Shown: in pieces, positions 1-13,398 of the stretch
Position numbering within the stretch: position 1 is the stretch's first letter
How the letters are laid out: each line of letters opens with the position of its first letter
Origin: Raja brachyura
Taxonomy: Eukaryota
Assembly (NCBI GenBank): GCA_963514005.1
Contig: OY740801.1
Location: forward strand, 23,684,001 to 23,748,000
Reading direction: 5' to 3'
Length of the DNA stretch: 64,000 nt
Notes under the pieces: model-generated
Databases searched by the model: none
Seen by the model: only the letters and a program-made list of their open reading frames with translations
What the model was told of the DNA's origin: nothing
Program-made: the position numbers and the translations under genes

Positions 1-2212
1 GATGGTTCAGTGGTCCCTGCTGTCATGAGCCAATAGATCAGCCTGGGGTATTTTGGTGACGGGTAAAATAAATTATTCTCTTGCTGATTAATTTTTTGCC
101 TGCTACAGGCCAGGAACATTGAGCCAGTTTAACCAGTGCGATGGGGCCACCCAGGCACTCCACGTGCACCAGTCTATTCTCTCTCCTTGCTACTTTTAGT
201 AGCTTCTACTGTATTACTCAGCATGGAGTAGAAGTGATTTGTCAGCTGAGGGAGGACAGTGGGTGGTGATCTCACACAGAGCATGAGGTTCTTCTCAGTA
301 TACAAGGAACTGAAGGATTGATCAGATGTTGTTTCCATGTGTACCTGGCACCTGTTGTTCTTTTCCACTGGCCCCTCAAAGTTGTTAATGACTTCACTTT
401 CAATTTGTCATTCACTCATGTTTATAAGAATGTTTCTATATTTTCTTACAATACGGGCCTAATCAGTTTGTGCTGCCTCTCTGAGCAGACTTCAGATCTA
501 TTTTCCCACTTGTTTTCCTGCAACCCATTCTCCCTCGTGCTCATCACCTCCTCCGCATCCTCCCTCCACCAGCTTGTCTTGGTAATGGGGGGGGGGGGGG
601 GGGGCGTGAGGTTGAGCACTGAAGGGCACCTCAGGCAGTTACAGTGCCCGGAGCCGTGTGGCAGCAGGATTTGATGCGATTTTATCAAATGACACTGCTC
701 AACAGGCCAGATGTAGGAAAGGGGTTTCTCCTGACTAGTGAGGACTAGAACTAGGGTGTCATGGTCTCGGAATACGAGCATGAGAAGTTTCCTCTTTGAG
801 CATGTTGGAAATCTCTTCTACTGAACACTGTAGACGGAGGCATGGTTGATGTGGCCAAGATGGGTGCAGCTTGTACAACACATGCCTCACAGGTCCAGTG
901 GGTTCAGTTCTGACCTGCAGCGTTGTCTGTGCAGAGTTTGCATTTAAGATATGGGTGCATATGATTGCTCTGGGAGCAAACAATGTGAAGGAATATGAGG
1001 TGAGCAGGTGTTGAGGTGGAGGATCAGTCATAATGGGCCAAGAGGCTACCCTCTGGGTACTTTTGTTGATGTGCTCCAGAATTGATAAAGGATGTACTCG
1101 CTGATCAGATCCTCTCTCCCCTTGTCATATCAAAGCTAATCCAAAATGGAACTGCCTTCAGAGAAATGTCGGGCAATTCCTTTGAGGAGTTGAAGCCTGA
1201 CAAGAGTGCGCACTGTAAATGGGAGGATAATACATAGAATGTAGAAAAATAGGTGCAGGAGAAAGCCATTCGGCTCTTCGAGCCAGCCCCGCCATTCAAT
1301 GTGAGCATAGCTGATCATTTAAAATTAGTACCCCGTTCCTGCTTTTTTCCCCGTATCTGTTAATTCCTTTAGCTCTAAGAGCTAATATTGGGCAGAGGAT
1401 GGGAACGGGGACCTTGGGGATTGTCCACATATATAGAAAGGCAGTAGAACATAAATGGGATGCTCTCAAATGTGTATGGGATGTTTTATTTTATTGGGGC
1501 ATAGGATATAAGAACAGGGAGGTTATGTCAGAACAACATACAACACCAATTTATTTAATTGTATACTTGACATCAGTGCAGTATCTATGGAGAAAGCAGC
1601 CTGCTGATAGACGAAGGACACATCAAACGATGGTGTTTGGTCAGAATACAATGGATCTCTGCTTGAGGGAGTGATTATCTGGGTTGCATTTCTGAGGAAT
1701 GCCGTGTGCCTAGCCGCTTGCCATACTTCCTACATAAAGAGAGCTGTTGTCATTAATGAATTGCTAGTGAGGAGCAGCTGAGTGTCATATGCTCTCCAAT
1801 TTATATAACATTCTCAACACATTTGACACAATCACAAACAATTTTGTGCCTTTGCCTGAAAATCAGTTTGTGGTTTAACAACGAGGTTATGGCCTGCTGT
1901 ACCTTACTGGCCAAAGAAACACGACTATTTACCCTGTGGAGCGGTGATATTGGCTAACCTGCCAGACAGGGCACCGCCACTGCTTTAAATGTAGGTTTAT
2001 TATTGTCACGTGTACCAAGGTACAGTGAAAAGTTTTGTTTTGCATGATAATACTAAAGATAAATACAAGTGTCAAACTTGTACAATAGGTAGAGCAAAGG
2101 GGAAGATACAGAGTGCAGAATATAGTTCTCATCAGTAGTGCATCAGTTCCATGGGCAAAGTCCAATGGTGAATCGTACAGAAAGTAAAGCAAAGTCCAAT
2201 GGTGAATCCTAG

Positions 2213-2835
2213 CATAGAAACATAGAAAATAGGTGCAAGAGGAGGCCGTTTGGCCCTTCGAGCTAGCACCACCATTCATTGTGATCATGGCTGATCATCC
2301 ACAATCAGTAACCCGTGCCTGCATTCTCCCCATATCCATTGATTCTGCTAGCTAGCCCCTAGAGCCCTATCTAACTCTCTTTTAAATTCATCCAGTGAAT
2401 TCCCCTCCACTGACTTCAGTGGCAGAGAATTCCACAAATTCACAACTCTCTGGGTGAAAATGTTTTTTTTTCATCTCTGTTTTAAATAGCCTCCCCTTTA
2501 TTCTTTGACTGTGGCCCCTGGTTCTAGACTCTTGCAACATTGGGAACATTTTTCCTGCAACTAGCTTGTCCAGTCCTTTTATAATTTTATACGTTTCTAT
2601 AAGATCCCCTCTCACCCTTCTAAATTCCAGTGAATACAAGCCCAGCCTTTCCAATCTTTCCTCATGTGACAGTCCCACCATCCCGGGGATTAACCTCGTG
2701 AACCTACGCTGCACTGCCTCAATAGCAAGGATGTCCTTTCTCAAATTAGGGGACCCAAACTGCACACTATACTCCAGATGTGGTCTCACCAGGGCCCTGT
2801 ACAACTGCAGAAGGACCTCTTTACTCATATACTCA
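2213..2835 (-). mobile_element. CR1-type LINE 3' fragment
   Basis: ORF 2388-2828 (LYRALVRPHLEYSVQF...VQRRFTRLIPG...SLEFRRVRGDLIETYKI) plus catagaaa tail repeats. Confidence 0.92.
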
Positions 2836-5207
2836 AGCTTATGGAAGAAACATTCGGAAACCTAATAACAGAGGGCACAAAGCTATCCCGAGTATGGTGG
2901 TTCATCCTTTAAAACTTCTGTACCTTCTGCTGGACGTGAGCAGAGAAAATGAAGTTTGAGTGGGCTGGACAAGTATTTTTGGCTGTTGTCTGAGGCAATG
3001 TGGAGTATAAATGAAGTCAATGTTGGGAGTCTGGTGTGTGTTATTTACTCACTGCAATTTCTTGCGGTCTTGGGCAGAGCTATTCCCAAACAAAGGTGTG
3101 AAGCAATCTGATACAATGGTTTCTATGGTATATCTAGAAGTTTGTAAAAGTCACTCGAGACGTGCAAAATTTCCTCGGACTCCTCAGGAAGTATACGTAT
3201 TGGGGTGCTGCCACGGCTGTTGCATCAGTGTGGTAGGTGCACAACTGATTATTGGTTATATTAAAGCCATGGAACTTGAAGCAAAAGTCCACAATAACAG
3301 TAGACTCTTCACATGTGGCACGATAGAGCAAATGATCTGGTGTTGTCAAAGGTGTAGCCCACCTCAACTTTGCTCATGCCTCATTATTTACCCATCAGGT
3401 TTTGACAGGACGGGCTGCAGGCATGGAAAGAATAACAAATTTGCCTGTGGGACTAAGATACTGATTGACAAGGTCTGTTTTTTTTTTTGGCACAATGCTG
3501 TATGGCAGTGAAGCTTGGAATATTCAGTGTCCATGGTGTATTCTTGGCCTTTTATGTTAGGTTGTTTTATCCTGATACATTAGATTGGTGGGGACCTGGA
3601 ACACCCAGCCAGGGTTGGTGGTAGAGGCAGATATTGTAGTAGTGTTTAAGTGGCTTTTGGATAGGCACATGAAAGTGCAGGGAATAGAGGGATATGAATT
3701 ATGTACAGGAAGATGAGATCAGTTTATTTTGGCATCGTGTTTGGCACAAACATTGTGGGTTGAAGGGTCTATTTTTGTGTTGTACTGTTTTAGGATGTTC
3801 TATGTACTTTTCAAATGCAGAATTCTCAAGCAACCCAGCACTTACCAGGCAAGAACACCGCACTGGAGTAACTCAGTGGGTCAGGCAGCAACTCTGGTGA
3901 AATGTAATCGGTGAAAGAGTGAAATGTAAAGCTGGAGGGAAGGATAAGTGTGGAATGGCGGAAAGTGATCTGTGGCTTCTTCTGCCGCCATTTCTGCTCT
4001 TGGCTGTGGTTCCAGCGATTAATTTAGGAGAATGTTGGGAATGAAGCTTGTGAGAGTGTGTGTGGTTAGTATATTTTGTGTTTGGTTGACACCATGCAGC
4101 TGGACTCTCATCAGTTATCTGTAAAATAGCTTGAATGTGCCAGTCTGCAGGCAAAGGGGTTTGGCTGTGTTGATTAAAGCAGAAACCCAGGCACTGTTTT
4201 GGTTTATTATTACCGAGATGCAGTGGGCAAAATTTGTTTACGTACATCGATTCAAATCGTACTGCACATGAGTACTATCAAGCCCTGCACTGGTACAACA
4301 GGTAGTGCGTGGAGAAAAATGCTGGAGTACAGAATGTACTATACTTAGTGCGGCACAGTGATGCAATGGTAGAATTGTTCGACCTACAGAGATCATATTT
4401 TCTCAGTTTTTTTCCCCACACTCCAAAGACGTGCAGGATTGTAGGTTAATTGGCTTCTGTAAATTCTAAATTGTCCCTAGTGGGGGTGATGGTTGGTCGG
4501 AATGTAGGATGGGCCGAAGGCCTGTTTCCATGCTGTATCTCTAAAGTGTTAAGACCATTCAGCATTTATGGCATTACATGGAGGCTGGAACAGCTGGACT
4601 ACGCCCTAGATTATGGAAGGATGGTTCAGCGAGGAATAAACTGTTCTTCAATCCGGTACTACATGCTTTCAATTTTTGTATCTTCTGCCCAACAAGAGAG
4701 CAGGGAGATAGACTGACTGGATTGTAAAAGTTCCTTGTTTATGCCGGCAGCATGAAGTTAGATGCAGTTAATTGGGGGAGGGGAGTCTGATCTCCATGAT
4801 GAACTGTGCGACATCCACAAGTCTCCGCAACTCTTACGCCCTTGGGACAGAGCAGCTGCCGAACCATGCAGTGATGCATCCCGATAGGGCACTTTTTATA
4901 GTATGTCTGTAGAAGTTTGTCAGTTGTTGGAGTTCTTTAGTCTTCTGAGGAAGTAGAGGTGTTGGTGTGCTTTCATGGCTGAGGCCTCAATGTGTTTGGT
5001 CCAGGAAAGGTTGGTGATATTTTTGCCTTGGAACTTGAAGCTCTCAACCATCGCCATTTTGGCACCATTGATGCTGATTGTGCCAATTTCCTTGCAGTGT
5101 TATGCAAGTGAAATTCTCCATCTGCGTGAGACTGAGACTGCAGGAAAGTGGCAATGTACCAGGAGTTTGTTGTTAAAAATGAATTAGGATCAGCGTTTCC
5201 ATATTGT

Positions 5208-5376
5208 AGATAGACATAAAATGCTGGAGCAACTCAGCGGGACATGCAGCATCTCTGGAGAGAAGGAATGGGTAACGTTTTGGGTCGAGACCCTTCTTCA
5301 GAGTTGATGGATGAGTTACTCCAACATTTTGTGTCTACCTTCGATTTAAACCAGCATCTGCAGTTCATTCCTACAC
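5208..5376. mobile_element. Short PLE-derived element with 14-bp TSD
   Basis: Partial inverted arms. Minus-strand hammerhead-like core at 5274-5301 with GAAA changed to AAAA. TSD cgtttccatattgt at 5194-5207 and 5377-5390. Confidence 0.8.
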
Positions 5377-7779
5377 CGTTTCCATATTGTGCTGTTGTGG
5401 GTCATTTCATGAGACTGCAGCTGATTGGGATGAGGATAAAAAAATGTAAAATTTTTTTGGTACACAATCTGTACTCCAAATCTTCCATGCGCAGCAGAGC
5501 TCTAAACAACTATGGTATTTTTCTACATACAGTTCGTGGAAAAATGAAGTAGACTTCAGCCTGTAAATAGGTGTGACCCAGAGCTAAAATCAATAAATTG
5601 TTAAAGACCAAAATAGTTATGGAGATGGGTAATATGCTGCTTTGATTAGTCATGGATGTGAGTCAATCAAATCGAGCTCAGTAAAGCATTGTACTTTGCC
5701 CCTGTGATGTATGTTAACCTCTGCCTTTGATTATTCTGTCAGGGTAATATTATTTTCCTTGTTAGGAATTTGAGAGTGCTGACTGATAAAGGAAATAGGA
5801 ATAAAGGAATTTAAATCCATGGTTAGTTAATGGGATTAAGGTTTGGTTGGTCCCATTGGGCAGTTTTGCTCTGCAATCTATGCATTGTCAACAACTAGAA
5901 GGCAGTTCTGTGCTTTGGGCTCATGCCTGTTTGGAGCTGGATCAGATCTCTGGGTGGGGGGGTTGGGCATTTCTACTTGATTGCAGGCCAACACAGCTTC
6001 ATGTAGAGGCTGAAGCTGCTCAGGATGACTGTGTAGACAGTTATTGGTAACGTGAGAAGCAGTGATTTCTTTGCCACTTGCTTACAGGTCACCTAAGGTT
6101 GAGGAAGAGAAACTGAGTTTCAATTTTACTGCTTGTAACATTGCAGTATTTAGGCCCACAACCACCGAGAGGGTATAGAACTGATGTTTTAAATTCCCTT
6201 GTTCTGTCATTTTCTTTTTCTTTGCTACATTCAGATCAACCAAACTGCACACCTACACTTCTGTGTGAGTTAGTGAGAAAGAGACCCTTGAGTAATTTGG
6301 GGCTGTCAGCATGTAAATTTAGGTAAGAGTGTGCATGGACTTGCAGTCATGAATGCTGATTGAAGCTGGCAATTTGTGGTGTTGAACAGGACCGTTTTTC
6401 GATGTTTACTGTGGAACTGCCTTTGGCACACCAAGATATCCCGAATAACAAGATGGCTTCAAGAATACTTTGTTCCGCTGAGATGTAGCAAAGGCCATGG
6501 GTTGCGGAAAGGTAGAATGTTGATCTTGAATGTGATCTTGTCGCAGATTCACTTCTATTTATATGAATTTAAACCTCTGTTCTCGGACACAAATGTTGGA
6601 ACTATCAATACAAAATTGAGTCAGCTACAAATATGAGGCAGTTGAGTCTGGATGTTCCTCTAAACAGCTCCTTCTCTCGTGTCTGTGTATCTCCGCACTC
6701 CCTGTCTTCTATTTTGCAATTTCTTTACAATTTTCCCTTTCCAGTCCGACTTGCCACCTGCTGAACCCTACTTTTTAAAAAAACTTTTTTGTGTTCGTTT
6801 TTTTTGTTGTAGGCTGCACTTATTTTGACTCATCAATAAAATCAGGGACTGAGACAAATACTGGAAGAGTCGGGCAACATCTGTAGTAACAGAAATAGTG
6901 AAGAGTGTTTACCTGTCATGTGTACCGACAATGGAACGGTAGAATTATTTCTTACGCAGCATTACAGGTCCATTAATGCAATAACATAGAAATATATATA
7001 TTATATACAATAACGCCATAAATTAATCGTCAGTAATACTCTGTCAACCTCTGAGTCTGTGAACCTCCTTATTTGTTATCAGTTTTTATCTTTAGTTTCA
7101 GATTTCCTGCATGTGCAGGTTTTCATTTACATAGACAAATTTCTTCTCCAGTTCTGAGGCCTGCCAGTGCACCTCTTGCCCCCTCAAGATTGTGCCAGTA
7201 TGTTTCAAGATGCCAAAAAGAAATACATTTTAAGTGGCATCAGGCTGCATTTGTTGAACCGATTATTGAATCTGATGGAGCAACATCTTTACATCAACAT
7301 TATGGCCAGTTATCTGCTTTGTAGTTTATTGCATTGTGATGTATTGTAGTTACACTTAACTACTATATTTAATTACTTACTGTTACACATTTAAGGGGAA
7401 TAAATGAGTTCTAAAGTGGTTCATTATAAAGGAGCAGCAGTGTGATCAGTGAATGAATGGTGGTGTTCATTATATCTTTGCTTTATAGCCACGAGATGAA
7501 GTTGATCAGCTGTCGAGCATTTTGGAGGCCACTTTAGTTATAGTTTTGTGAAACGAGATAAGTTTGGTTAAGTCGTACAGCGTGTGATCACTTATCAAAG
7601 AGCAATCATGATCAGTGTAGTGTTGAAAGGAGAAATGTGAAACAGCTACCCGGCTTTCTAAACTTTTTATTGTAAACTGTTTTTCTGACCTATTTTCTAT
7701 ATAATGAGGGGGAGAACATTATGATAAATAAAGACAATCTCCTTTGTATGTAACTATTGTAGAGTTGAGAGATGTTTAA

Positions 7780-8270
7780 AATAATTTGTGATGTAGAAGC
7801 CTGAAGGATAAGACTCCTGCAGCCACAAGCATGTTACTAGCACTGCACCATCTAGGTATCCTTAGCAGTGTTCTCATGGAATCATTTTAGGCCACCTTTA
7901 GTCTCTGCAAATTTGTCTTTCCGTGGTTTGACCATGGGTGCAAAGTATAGAGTGGTGTGCAATATGCTCTAAACAGAGACATCTTCACCACATACGTACA
8001 TGCACCAAACTTGCGCAAGAGAATATTTGCCTGTGCATTCAGCATACATCATTGCCTATAAATATCCTCATCATCTGTCATTTGTTCTGTAATAAAATGC
8101 CCAAGATATTTTTCCTTATTACAGACACTAAGATTATTGTTAACCAATTTAAAATCGGGACATTTCAGACATTTGTCCTCTTTGGTTCTACAAATCATAA
8201 CAGCACTCGTACAAGCATTGATTATATTTAATGTCATGTTCCACACCATACACAGAACATATAGTAAGGA
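7780..8270 (-). mobile_element. Non-LTR retrotransposon RT C-terminal fragment (RTE-X-like)
   Basis: ORF 8049-8249: CPDFKLVNNNLSVCNKEKYLGHFITEQMTDDEDIYRQ, a KYLG thumb-region motif. Confidence 0.6.
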
Positions 8271-8300
8271 GCTGCTGGAAACCAGTAAAGATTAAAGCCA

Positions 8301-8517
8301 GGGGGTTACACAAAAAGCTGGAGAAACTCAGCGGGTGCAGCAGCATCTAAGGAGATAGGCGACGTTTCGGGTCGAGACCCTTCTTCCGTCTGAAGAAGGG
8401 TCTCTACCCGAAACGTCGCCTATCTCCTTCGCTCCTTAGATGCTGCTGCACCCGCTGAGTTTCTCCAGCTTTTTGTGTAACCCTCGATTCTCCAGCATCT
8501 GCAGTTCCTTCTTTAAC
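8301..8517. mobile_element. Short palindromic PLE-derived element with 14-bp TSD
   Basis: Near-perfect inverted arms of about 85 bp centred near 8388. TSD aaagattaaagcca at 8287-8300 and 8518-8531. Confidence 0.85.
8390..8417 (+). ncRNA. Minimal type-I hammerhead ribozyme motif (putative)
   Basis: CTGAAGA-A-GGGT-CTCT-ACCC-GAAAC-GTC: CUGANGA core, stem II, GAAA, palindromic ACGU stem III, GUC cleavage triplet. Stem I is weak. Confidence 0.6.
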
Positions 8518-11500
8518 AAAGATTAAAGCCAAACCTTTTTAGGAATAAAGCTAGGAAATATTTCTAAAGTGGTAGAAAATCAGAAGTCTTACACAAACAA
8601 TAAACCATAAGTACTAATTTTGCATTAAGAAATGATTTTCATTAACAGATGTTATGAAGAGATATCAAACAATAGTGGATAAATGGAGTGGATGGCAGGT
8701 TTACAGGTTTATAAAATAGTAGTGGGAATACAAGGGGCCAGATACATGCCCTCTGTTGTCTAGTTCTGGTGTGTAGAGCTGTGGCCCGGAGACACCATCA
8801 GGTGAGTGGCTTCCATTTCATCAAATGTTTATAAAACTAGAGAGTTTAATATGTAAAATGTGTAAGCTGGAAGAGGGTAGAAGTGTTGTATGCATTGTTG
8901 TTTGGTCTTTTATTGGCTTGCTGGAACACCACACAAGTCATGTTTTGATAAAGGAAATAGCTTGTCTGGTTTTATGGTTTCGCTATTGCTGTGGAAGTAC
9001 CATTTCACTTGTTCAACTTGTTCAACACTTCACAGGCTTGGTTCCTCTCCTCTAATAATCCATGTGGCTGAAATAATGAACAAATAGATTCTATCGATAC
9101 AGCACCTTTACTGTGTGTCTGAGGAAGAGGAGGGAGGGGGCACCTACAGGAATGTTATTGTTGAATATTAGTCCACTTCTGATCGTCAGCAATGTGATAT
9201 CGAAGTAATCTCCAGTGCCCATGTGGGTGTTTTGCCTGAACTACGCAGCTCCAACCAAGGCTTTAGCACAGCCTCAGACCAAAGATCGGCCAAAGAGCTA
9301 AGTTCCAAAGTGAGTAAAGTGTGAGCACTTGAATATGTGTCATGGAGCCATGGGAAAGTGAAGATTATTGGGTATCAAAAGAGAAGCTCTCCACAGATTA
9401 GAGCTTGACCTTTTGGTTAGAATACTGCATGCAGCTATGGTCAACCCACTGCAGGGAGAATGTGATAGCATGAGAACGGGTGTGGAGCAAATAACCAGGA
9501 TGTTACCAGGGAAGGAGAATGATGGTTATGAGTAACTTTAGGTTATTGTTTTCTTCACAACAAAGGAATATATGTTTTGGCAGGTTTAGCTGAGAGTGAG
9601 AGTGAAATGGAGAGCTATTTCCCTTGGAGAGATCCTATGCTGGGGACACATTGAACTTGGGCAGTGGACCGAGGATGAAAGATTGACCATAGCTGATGGG
9701 GAGTAGAATTGTGGATCTCTGCCCCGAAAGGGTTTGGATGCAAAGCACTTCAGGGCAAGATGCCTGTGTAATCTGAAACTGGTAGGGCTCTGGACAACGA
9801 GCTAGCAACTAGGGTTACCTTGAATAACATGCCTTTCACGCTGTATAGATGTTGTGGGCCTTCTAGGCTCCTTTAGGAGCCATTGGTTGTATCATTCCCA
9901 CGTGGGAGGCAGTATGCAGTTTTGATGGCTCAGAACGTTTCAGCCGACCCAGTCTCTGCTTGTAACGCAAGCCGTCCAGTCCCAGCAACATAAACATCCA
10001 AACCAAACAAAACGTCTTTGTGATTCTTTTCTGCATCTTCCAGCTTCATTGTATCCTTCCTATATTGCACATAATATTCCAGGCTCGGTCTTGCCAAAAT
10101 CCTATGCAGCTGTGATATGATGTCTCAACTCTTGCACTCAGTTATCCTGCCCAGTTAAAGCAAATGTGCCAATACATCCTTCATCTTGTCTAGCTGGTCA
10201 GAACTGTGCAGGAACTCTGTATTTGTCCCCCTAGGTCACTGTTCTACAACGCTCCCAGGTCCTGTCATTGCCTGTGCAAGTTCAGCTACAGTTTAACCTC
10301 CCCAAATGCATCATTTCACATTTGCCCGAGTTAAATTCCATCTGCCATGCCTTTGCTTATTTTCCCAGTTGATTTAGGGCATATTGTGACCTTCGACAAC
10401 TTTCCCCACTGTCCACCACATTGCAGAGAAATGGATAGGATGGTTTTGGAGAAATACGAGCCAAATGCAGGAAAATGAGACTAGCTCAGGCAGGCAGGCA
10501 CCGTGGTCAACATAAATGAGTTGGACCAAAGGGCCTGTTTCTCTGCTGTGCATCTCCAAATCTTCTAGGAAACATTGAGAATGTATTTTCATAAAGTGGC
10601 AGTTCTTTCTGAAACTTTGGTATCCAAAGCAAAGTTTCTTACCCCAATGTATAGCTGATGAATGACTACAAACACTGGCCCCATAGCAGAAGGGTCCATG
10701 TCGCGAGGCTGGAAACTGGAAGTATCTTGAGTTAATTCTGCTACCACCGTCATCTATTGCAACAAGTGATGGCTCCCACTGATTGTCGCCGGAAGCTTGC
10801 ATCCTTTTCAGGACGGACGATGACAGCGAATTCAACATTTGAAACATGGGAGATGGTTACAAAAGAAGACGACTACAAACACTAAACTTATTTTGCTCTC
10901 TGCAGTTGATCTGAGTATTATAACTGCAGTTTTTCAGACTAGAGTGTTCATTTCCTATCTCATGTGTAATTCGCACAGACCACATACTGTGATCATTTCA
11001 CTCTGCATGAGATTAGCCCAGCTTCTCAATTGCCTGATGGCTGAGAAATGACCAATGGTTGTGAAATGCAACTCTCTAGTTTGTAAATAACACTTGATAT
11101 GCAGAAGTTGCACAATGTTATAAATAGCTTTGGGGAGGAAAGGAGGGTTTGAGTATTGTATGTATGTCCATGCTTGAGAATCTTAACATGGCTCACTATT
11201 CTTTTGTCTTGGCACGTTAAATTTTCTTGACTCCTAATGTATTTTTCGTCTCATCTGTATTGCAATGCAACTACTTTTTAATTGTGGTATTTTGGGTAAG
11301 GCCAGCATTTATTGCCCTGGTGAAAATGTTAATATGCTACCACCACAAACTGCTGCAGTACTTTGTAGAACCTTCGGCAAGACTGCTGTTGACTCGGCAG
11401 TTGCAGAAATTAGCAACAATGATTATATTTTCAAATTTATCTACAGTACATGTGATTGAGCACTTGGTATTCCTATGTTATTCTATTATGCTCTTCCAAG

Positions 11501-12339
11501 TGATGGAGATTGCTGGTTTAAATCTGTTGTTAGAGGAGCCTTGGTGAATTGCTTCATTACAGCTGCAGTGTCACTGGTGAAGAGAATGCTTAGACTGCAC
11601 GATTGCCTGACAAATGCAGCAGGCCGCTTTGACCTGGATGATGAGTATTTGATATTGGTGGGACTCATTTATTATATAGCACGGAAGTGTGCCTTCGCCC
11701 CAAATACTATTCAGTTACATTCTTGATTTGTCTTGTTCATTTGTAAGTTGGGAGTGGGCCTTTGTTTGCAGTGTCCAGCCTCTAACCTGATCTTGTAGCC
11801 CTAGGTCACTGTTCTACACACTCCCAGCTTAAGTAAGATTTGCGTTCCTAAAGTACATAAGAACCACCAGGGCAGGGTCCTAAGTCCAGTCATCTTCACC
11901 TGCAAATTCAGTGATCTTTCCCTACTGTAAGATCCAAACTGAAGTTAGAATATAGAACAGTACAGCACAGGAACTGGCCCTTCGTCCTACAATACCTGTG
12001 CCGAATATGCCAAGACTAACTATTTTCTGTCTGCAGATACTTCACATTCCCTGCATATCCACGCGTTTATCCAAGTCTCTTATATACCCGTATACATTGC
12101 CCCGACCAATGAAGACAAGCATATCATGTGCCTTCTTTAATACAGTTTGATAATTCCATATGTTCCGTCCTATTTACATTTCTTCAGTAAATGAAGCATC
12201 TATACCGCAAGGTATGGGCAGCAATCGAGTTGCCCAGCTGTGTATCAAGTAACATTTATGCTACTGAAGTGCCAAAACCAGGCCTACAGCATTCAAAGTA
12301 CTTGAGAATCCAATTGTCTTGAGCTCACTATTTTTAATA

Positions 12340-12528
12340 CTAGACACCAGGTGCTGGAGTAACTTCGTGGCTCGGGCCGCATCTGGACATGGATAGGTGA
12401 CTTGAATCTGATGAATTTTCCTATCTGAAACATCGCCTATCCATGGTCTCCAGAGATGCTGCCTGGCCTGCTGTGTCACTCCAGCAGTGTCCTTCTTTGT
12501 AAGCCAGCATCTGCAGTTCCTTGTATCT
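12340..12528. mobile_element. Older palindromic PLE-derived element
   Basis: Inverted arms (tgctggagtaac.../...cactccagca). CTGATGA...GAAACATC core at 12408-12434. cagcatctgcagttcc tail. Confidence 0.65.
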
Positions 12529-13264
12529 GCATTTTCAGAGGGCTTGACGGCCAAAAGCTCCAATATTTACTATAATTCAGAACGGGGAGCTGAGGCCTCA
12601 CAATCCAGACTTTGCACCATTTGATGAGGATACCAGCGTAGTGTAGTTGTGCTTCTGATGCTGTTCGTGATGTGCAGTCCCTAAGCTTGGAAATGCTCCC
12701 CTGCCAAGCACTGTTCAACTAGGTGGCTCATGTCTAGTGGCTCATGTTGAACTCCTTTTTATCTAATGGTGTTCTATTGTCATCTTCACCCTCGGAACTA
12801 ATTTAATCGTCAACGTGAGCAAGATCCCAGAAATGTTGAGTAAGCTTTGCAGAAGACGGATGCATGTGATTCTGTAATCTAGCCAAATCTTGTTCTGTGA
12901 GGCCTCTCTGGTTTGTATTCAAGGGATGGTTTAGACAGCACTAACATGGGCTGTTTGCTTTGAGCTACATTGCCATGCCAAGTGAGTAAGAACAGTCTGT
13001 GCAAGTGAGAGGTTTTCTGATGACGGCATGGTGGTATTCAGCCTGGCCCCTAAACTCTTCCCACGTTTGCAATGCACTCTGAGCTGTGCAGCATTCAAGT
13101 AAGAAGGGAAATTTGCTCCCCGTTTGATGTAAAAAGGAAATAAGGTGGTGTTAACCCTCAATTGAAAAAAATAGTTTCATTTCAGACTCCTTTCTGGCTA
13201 TGGGTTAAGTGTTTGAGTTTTTCAAAATGCCTGACTGAATCAAAAGCTGGAGTGCAATCATTAG

Positions 13265-13398
13265 GGGTACACAAAAGGCTGGAGAAACTCAGCGGGTGCA
13301 GCAGCATTGTCAGTGTACAGTACAGAGACAACGAAATGCATTGGGAGATAGGTGACGTTTCGGGTCGAGACCCTTCTTCAGACTGGAATGCAATCTTC
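13265..13398 (-). mobile_element. Short PLE-derived element with 14-bp TSD
   Basis: TSD agtgcaatcattag at 13251-13264 and 13399-13412. Single arm, interrupted by about 37 nt of foreign sequence. Confidence 0.75.
13354..13381 (-). ncRNA. Minimal hammerhead ribozyme motif, intact core (putative)
   Basis: Reverse complement reads CTGAAGA-A-GGGTC-TC-GACCC-GAAAC-GTC. Confidence 0.6.

Noticed and set aside
2155-2208. 20-bp direct repeat gcaaagtccaatggtgaatc
   Set aside because: Local duplication inside a LINE 3' UTR, with no sign of function.
8301-8490. miRNA precursor hairpin
   Set aside because: The hairpin is a multi-copy insert with a TSD, so a TE origin explains it.
12408-12434. CTGATGA motifs as C/D-box snoRNA elements
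   Set aside because: They sit inside the repeated PLE-derived elements and fit the hammerhead core better; no C/D pair with a terminal stem was seen.
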